In this document: positions 41,004-46,149 of the stretch, in pieces | Layout: each line of letters starts with the position of its first letter | Numbering within the stretch: the stretch's first letter is position 1 | NCBI GenBank assembly: GCA_964456095.1 | Contig: CAYVZF010000004.1 | Location: 1-46,149 of the forward strand | Direction of reading: 5' to 3' | Source: an uncultured Erysipelotrichaceae bacterium | GTDB lineage: Bacteria; Bacillota_I; Bacilli_A; RFN20; CAG-449 | Length of the DNA stretch: 46,149 nt | Notes under the pieces: generated by a model | What the model was told of the DNA's origin: nothing | The model's input: the letters and a program-made list of their open reading frames with translations, nothing else | Database searches by the model: none | Translations under genes and position numbers: made by a program

Positions 41004-41073
41004 TAGGTTTTTACCTCCTGACATTAATACAATTATATTTTTTTAGTTTTTTTATCTAAAAATACAGTATTTA

Positions 41074-41468
41074 ATCGAGCAGAGAGTGAAAAGTAAATAC
41101 TTTTCCGTTTCCTCTCACACCACCTTACATACGGTCTTCCGTATAAGACGGTTTAAATAAACATTCTATGCTACCTGTTTTAAGTAGTATTCAAGAGGGT
41201 CTAGGAGCCCTCTTTTCTTTAGTCGTGCGTTAGTTATTGTTCTTTGAACAACATGTGAATGAGAAATAAATTGATATCCTCTTCTACAATATGTTAAGCT
41301 TTTTGCTTCTTCCATACCTATACCAAGTTTTACTAATGATAGTATTTGTTAAATTGTCTTTTTCCATTGTTTCCAAATAACAACTCGTATTGCATTTCTT
41401 AGCCAAAGTCCAATTCTTTCTATTAAAAGTTTTTTCATATTATACTTCTGATAGTAGTTAATCCAATC
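41074..41468 (-). mobile_element. Truncated group IIC intron (3' fragment: maturase end, DV, DVI)
   Basis: DV AACCGTCTTATACGG..CCGTATGTAAGGTGGTGTGAGAGG; ends CTCGAT; upstream WINYY..WKQWK maturase sequence. Confidence 0.88.
41166..41468 (-). pseudogene. Group II intron RT/maturase C-terminal fragment
   Basis: DWINYY..LRNAIRVVIWKQWKKTI*QILSL..RRGY..TNARLKKRGL; in-frame TAA at 41349-41351; no RT domain. Confidence 0.85.
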
Positions 41469-41518
41469 ACCTTTCAATGACTATAACTTCATTTGAAGTA
41501 AAATAATTAAGGAATATT

Positions 41519-42494
41519 ATGATGGATTTAACTAATACTAATTACATAAAATAGTTTGGTAGAATGTATTATGATAAAAAAGAAAACATTACTTATTTCA
41601 ATTTCTCTGCTTCAAGATTTGAAGCATCATTTTATGATGCAAAAGTAAGTGCAACAATAATTACAACAAATATAGATAATAAAAATAATAAACCATTCCT
41701 TTCAGTATTAGTTGATTATGAAGGAAATATCGATAAATCAATTGTCATTGAATTAAATAAGCCAAAACAAAATATAGTTTTAATTGATGAATCATTTTTA
41801 CCAATTACTAAAGAAAAAAAGTTAAAAATTGAAATATATGGTGACTTTTTAACATGTGGCTATTAAATTGTAAGTAAAAAATATGATGAAGAATTTTTAG
41901 CAATGTATGAAAATTCATCAATATTTTATGGATTTTATGCTTCAAATGAACTCAATGCAGAATTAAATTTAATATGTGCAGATTATTTCCTAATATATAA
42001 ATCAGAGTATACAAAAAATTATAATATCAAAACAATACCAGATATGTTTGATATGGCTGATTTTGACGCTAATACCACTTTAAAATCATATAACATATGA
42101 GATCATACAAATTTTATACTAGACATTGTAGTAATTAATTTAGGCGCTGACAACTGATCAAGCTAAGTTAATTGCAAAACAGAAGATAAAAAACATCTTC
42201 ATTTTCAATTTTAAAGAAAAATACATACATTTCATCGATAAAATAAATAACACTTATAATAATGATCCTATTATTGCCTATACAACAATGGTAGAGTTTA
42301 ATCCAAATATTAAATTAGCAATAAAAGAAGTCATTAATAAATATGATAATGTATTCGAATTAGACTCCAATTGTCTTGAAATTAGAGGCACAATGCCAGA
42401 GAGAGGTTATCCAAATAATGAAATGTAAAAATATACAGGTCATGAATTAGCTCTTTTAATAAAGCATATTTTAAATAGCAAAATTCAAAAATAG
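41519..42494 (+). pseudogene. SGNH/GDSL esterase (CE2-like) pseudogene
   Basis: KIEIYGDFLTCGY (GDS-like) and DIVVINLG motifs broken by TAG 41552, TAA 41864, further stops and frameshifts. Confidence 0.7.
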
Positions 42495-42505
42495 CAACAT
42501 TTATG

Positions 42506-42534
42506 TTGTATACTTTTTGCCTATTTGGTAAAAT
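42506..42534 (+). promoter_or_regulatory. sigmaA promoter of rpmE
   Basis: TTGTAT-N17-TAAAAT with an extended TG. Confidence 0.6.
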
Positions 42535-42544
42535 AACTTTGCTT

Positions 42545-42572
42545 TCTTAGGATTAACGTAACTATCCTAGGC
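42545..42572 (+). promoter_or_regulatory. rpmE 5' leader hairpin (possible L31 leader)
   Basis: CTTAGGAT-loop-ATCCTAGG immediately before the AAGGAG RBS. Confidence 0.45.
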
Positions 42573-42588
42573 GGAAGGAGATAAATTA

Positions 42589-42792
42589 ATGAAAAAAGAT
42601 ATCCACCCAGAATACAACAGAATTAAAGTTACATGTGTTACATGTGGTAATGTATTCGAAACCGGCTCAACAATGAAAGAAATCCGTGTTGATACTTGTG
42701 CTAAATGTCATCCATTCTACACAGGAAAACAAAGATTTACTCAAAACGATGGCCGTGTCGATCGTTTCATGAAGAAATACGGAATGAAATAA
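42589..42792 (+). CDS. rpmE: 50S ribosomal protein L31 (Zn-binding type)
   Basis: [21 protein letters not shown] and GRVDRF. Confidence 0.98.
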   Translation: MKKDIHPEYNRIKVTCVTCGNVFETGSTMKEIRVDTCAKCHPFYTGKQRFTQNDGRVDRFMKKYGMK

Positions 42793-42796
42793 TAAT

Positions 42797-42824
42797 AACC
42801 GTCACCGTTTGTGACGGTTTTTTT
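42797..42824 (+). terminator. Intrinsic terminator after rpmE
   Basis: AACCGTCAC-cgttt-GTGACGGTT plus T-run. Confidence 0.85.
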
Positions 42825-42838
42825 AAGGAGAAATTATT

Positions 42839-44428
42839 ATGGGGAAAACATTTTATATAACAACACCAATTTACTATCCTAGTGCGAAATTACATATTGG
42901 TCACGCATATTGTTCCACTCTAGCGGATACTATTGCTCGTTATCACAAAGCAAAAGGCGATGATACATATTTTCTAACTGGAAGTGATGAACATGGTGAA
43001 AAAATACAAAAAAATGCAGAAGCAAAAGGAGTAACACCAAAAGAATTTGTTGATGGAATAGTTTTAGGTATTAAAAAACTATGGAAAGATATGAACATAG
43101 AATACGATGACTATATTAGAACCACCGATGAAAAGCATGAACATGTTGTTCAAGAAGTATTTTCTAGACTTCTAAAACAAGATGACATTTATCTTGGTGA
43201 ATATGAAGGATGGTATTGTACACCTTGTGAATCATTTTGGACTGATTCACAAGTAGGTGAAAAACAAATTTGTCCAGACTGTGGCAGACCAGTACATAAA
43301 GCTAAAGAAGAAGCATATTTCTTCCGTATGTCAAAATATTCAAAAAGACTATTAGATTTTTATGAAAGTCACCCTAATTTCATTACACCAGAATCAAGAA
43401 AGAACGAAATGATTAATAACTTTATTAAACCAGGACTTGAAGATTTATGTGTTTCAAGAACAACATTCACTTGGGGAATTAAAGTTAAAGAAAACCCAAA
43501 ACATGTAGTTTATGTTTGGTTAGATGCATTGCTTAATTATATTTCTGCATTAGGATATTTAAGTGATGATACTTCTAAATTTGATAAGTTTTGGTCTAAT
43601 GATGCACATATATTACATTTAGTTGGCAATGATATCACTAGATTCCACGTAATATATTGGCCTATTTTCTTAATGGCTTTAGGATTAAGAATCCCTGATA
43701 GAGTTTTCGTCCATGGATTACTTATGATGAAAAATGAAAAAATGTCAAAATCAAAAGGTAATGTAGTTGCACCTGAACCTCTTATTGAAAGATATGGTTT
43801 AGATGCAGTTAGATACTATTTAGTAAGAGAAACAATATTTGGTTCTGATGGTAGTTTTACTCCAGAACAATTTGTAGAAAGAATAAATGTTGATTTAGCA
43901 AATGATTTTGGAAATTTATTAAATAGAACTGTTGCAATGATTTCTAAATACTTCTCTAATATTATTCCGTCATATAATGGTTGTAAAACAACATATGATA
44001 CAGAATTAGAAATGTTTGGAAGAAACACCATCAATTCATATCACGATAATATGGAATCATTACACGTTACAGAAGCATTTATAGATGTCTTAAATTATGT
44101 AGCACGTGCAAATAAATACATTGAAGAAAGTAAGCCATGGGAACTTGCAAAAGATGAAAGTAAAAAAGAAATACTTGAATCTTGTATGAATCATTTAGCT
44201 AATACATTAAGGCAATGTGCAATCATGTTGAGTCCTGTATTAATTAATGCTCCTATTAAATTATACGAACAACTTGGTTTATCAAAAGAAAAACAAACAT
44301 TTGAATCATTAAATGAGTTTGATGTTTTAGGTGGAGAAGCAGTTACAAAAGGTTCTCCTTTATTCCCTAGACTAGATGTTGAAAAAGAAATCGAATTTAT
44401 TAAAGATTTAATGAATCCATCAAAATAA
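42839..44428 (+). CDS. metG: Methionine-tRNA ligase (short form)
   Basis: HIGH, KMSKS and zinc-knuckle Cys; no C-terminal Trbp domain. Confidence 0.97.
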   Translation: MGKTFYITTPIYYPSAKLHIGHAYCSTLADTIARYHKAKGDDTYFLTGSDEHGEKIQKNAEAKGVTPKEFVDGIVLGIKKLWKDMNIEYDDYIRTTDEKHEHVVQEVFSRLLKQDDIYLGEYEGWYCTPCESFWTDSQVGEKQICPDCGRPVHKAKEEAYFFRMSKYSKRLLDFYESHPNFITPESRKNEMINNFIKPGLEDLCVSRTTFTWGIKVKENPKHVVYVWLDALLNYISALGYLSDDTSKFDKFWSNDAHILHLVGNDITRFHVIYWPIFLMALGLRIPDRVFVHGLLMMKNEKMSKSKGNVVAPEPLIERYGLDAVRYYLVRETIFGSDGSFTPEQFVERINVDLANDFGNLLNRTVAMISKYFSNIIPSYNGCKTTYDTELEMFGRNTINSYHDNMESLHVTEAFIDVLNYVARANKYIEESKPWELAKDESKKEILESCMNHLANTLRQCAIMLSPVLINAPIKLYEQLGLSKEKQTFESLNEFDVLGGEAVTKGSPLFPRLDVEKEIEFIKDLMNPSK

Positions 44429-44552
44429 TTAAATTTTAAAATATTATAAGATTATGACTCATTGCTAGTTATAATCTTTTTATTTATAGATTATTCTCAT
44501 AAATAATGTATAATTATTAATGAGCAATGTTTAAATTTGGAGTATATATTAA

Positions 44553-45920
44553 ATGAAAGAAAAATATAGAAAATTACAATTTGAGGTAGAATGCTTTGAT
44601 ATCAATAATGATGGAAAAGGTGTTGTAAGATATGAAGGCGTAACTGGTTTTATTGATGACTTATTAATAGGAGAAAAAGCATTAATTGAAACAACGTATA
44701 GAAAAAAAGATGTATTTTATGGAAAAGTAATAAATAGAATTATCACTAGTAAAGATAGAGTTAAACCCACCTGTCCTTATTTTAAAGACTGTGGTGGATG
44801 TAAATTAATGCACATGAATTACAATGCTCAATTAGAATATAAGAAAAACAAAGTAAATGAATGTTTGAAAAGAATCGGCAATATTAATACAAAAGTTAAC
44901 GATACTATTGGTATGGATAATCCATATAATTACCGCAACAAAATACAAATGCCAATAAAAATAAAAGGCGGAAAAATAGTAACTGGTTTTTATAAGGAGA
45001 AAACACATGACATCGTACCTATTGATAAATGTTATATTGAAAATAAAGAAGCAGATCATATTATTGTAACAATTAAATCATTAATGAAAAAATTCAAAAT
45101 AGAACCATATAACGAAGATAAAAGAAAAGGTGTTATTAGACATATATTAATAAGAAACTCAAAATTAACTAATGAGAATATGGTAGTGCTTGTTACTAAT
45201 ATTGATTCTTTCCCAGGTAGAAATGATTTTATAAAACAATTAAAAAAATTAGAACCTAGTATATCAACTATAGTACAAAATATTAATACTCGTGATACTA
45301 ATGTCATATTAGGAGAAAAAGAAAGAATACTATCAGGTAAAGGATATATTATCGATGAACTATGTGGGATTAAGTTTAAAATATCACCAAAATCATTTTA
45401 TCAAGTAAATCCTTTTCAAACAGAAAAATTATATTCACTTGCAATTGATAGTCTAAATTTAACAAAAGATGATTTAATTTTAGATGCTTATTGTGGAATA
45501 GGTACAATTGGTTTAATTACATCTAAAAAAGTAAAACAAGTTATTGGTGTCGAAATAGAAAGTGCCGCAGTAAAAGATGCGATTAATAATGCAAAGAACA
45601 ATAATATAAATAATGCTTTATTCTTTTGTGGAGACGCAGGAGATTTTATAGTAGATCAATATAAAGAAGGCATATTCTTTGATGCAGTAATAATGGATCC
45701 GCCAAGAAAAGGTTCAACAGAAAAATTCTTAGATATATTAATAAAAACAAAACCTAAAAAAATTGCATACATTTCTTGCGATCCTGCAACACTAGCTCGT
45801 GACTTAAAGTATCTTTCTCCATTATACGATATAGTTAATGTAACACCTGTTGATATGTTCCCGTATACAAGTCATGTAGAGACAATAGTATTGCTATCAC
45901 TAAAGGATGCTAAAAAGTAG
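44553..45920 (+). CDS. rlmD: 23S rRNA m5U1939 methyltransferase
   Basis: TRAM domain, C..CGGC, SFYQVN, DPPRKG, YISC and HVET. Confidence 0.95.
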   Translation: MKEKYRKLQFEVECFDINNDGKGVVRYEGVTGFIDDLLIGEKALIETTYRKKDVFYGKVINRIITSKDRVKPTCPYFKDCGGCKLMHMNYNAQLEYKKNKVNECLKRIGNINTKVNDTIGMDNPYNYRNKIQMPIKIKGGKIVTGFYKEKTHDIVPIDKCYIENKEADHIIVTIKSLMKKFKIEPYNEDKRKGVIRHILIRNSKLTNENMVVLVTNIDSFPGRNDFIKQLKKLEPSISTIVQNINTRDTNVILGEKERILSGKGYIIDELCGIKFKISPKSFYQVNPFQTEKLYSLAIDSLNLTKDDLILDAYCGIGTIGLITSKKVKQVIGVEIESAAVKDAINNAKNNNINNALFFCGDAGDFIVDQYKEGIFFDAVIMDPPRKGSTEKFLDILIKTKPKKIAYISCDPATLARDLKYLSPLYDIVNVTPVDMFPYTSHVETIVLLSLKDAKK

Positions 45921-46089
45921 AAAAATATACTGAAATTATGTGTTTTGAACTATTTTTAGACATTTTGTCTTTGATATAGATTATTATTATTATAGGGAAC
46001 AGGTCTTGAAAGACTATCTTCAAGTACGACTAGTAATAAACCTAAAGTGTGGGGATATGTTAGATTAGTAAATAGTATAATATTAGCCA

Positions 46090-46149
46090 ATCGAGTAGAA
46101 AGTGAAAAGTAAGTATTTTCCCGCTCCCTCTCACACCACCCTACGTACG
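46090..46149 (-). mobile_element. Group IIC intron 3' end (DV/DVI), cut by the window edge
   Basis: Minus strand CGTACGTAGGGTGGTGTGAGAGG..CTACTCGAT; close match to 41074-41133. Confidence 0.85.

Noticed and set aside
41074-41468. Retron or DGR interpretation of the RT-related fragment
   Set aside because: The maturase tail plus DV/DVI identify a group II intron; no template/variable repeat or msr-msd.
3136-45307. Short antisense ORFs in the track (e.g. 3892-4221, 11300-11653, 23296-23610, 30839-31132, 34034-34402)
   Set aside because: They lie opposite well-supported genes, with no recognisable motifs; shadow ORFs.
1-46149. Genetic code 4 (TGA=Trp) given the Mollicutes-like composition
   Set aside because: Long genes are intact under code 11 and TGA terminates murA and the cyclodeaminase gene; pseudogene stops are of mixed types.
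1-46149. CRISPR array, cas genes, prophage or recognisable defence operon
   Set aside because: No regularly spaced repeats and no such proteins were seen.

Overview
Low-GC chromosomal window (about 24-25% GC, estimated by eye). It uses genetic code 11 (TGA ends murA and the cyclodeaminase gene) and encodes MurA, so it likely comes from a walled, genome-reduced Bacilli lineage (RF39/RFN20/Erysipelotrichales-like; inference). Most of the window is housekeeping: tRNA-Ala(CGC), tldD/pmbA, a clpC-like gene, lysS, dusB, ftsH, tilS, rpmE, metG and rlmD. It also holds a condensed sporulation block (yabP-yabQ-divIC-like-spoIIE). Sporulation-type cis-regulatory footprints are visible: a 0A box with 21-bp spacing at spoIIE, sigmaE-like -10 elements at yabP and murA, and a sigmaF-like promoter at the clpC-like gene. 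A yybP-ykoY Mn riboswitch precedes a P-type II ATPase. The accessory region (about 34.9-42.5 kb) has a two-component module with duplicated operator boxes and a MerR-activated orphan amine-dehydrogenase-family gene. It also has a convergent pair of related structured ncRNA-like elements, a decayed group IIC intron 3' fragment and an SGNH esterase pseudogene. A second, better-preserved intron 3' end runs off the right edge. Other oddities are a UDP-glucose dehydrogenase homolog lacking its catalytic Cys and a strong excess of CCGCGG/CCGCGA words. All calls come from reading the sequence; no database searches were run.
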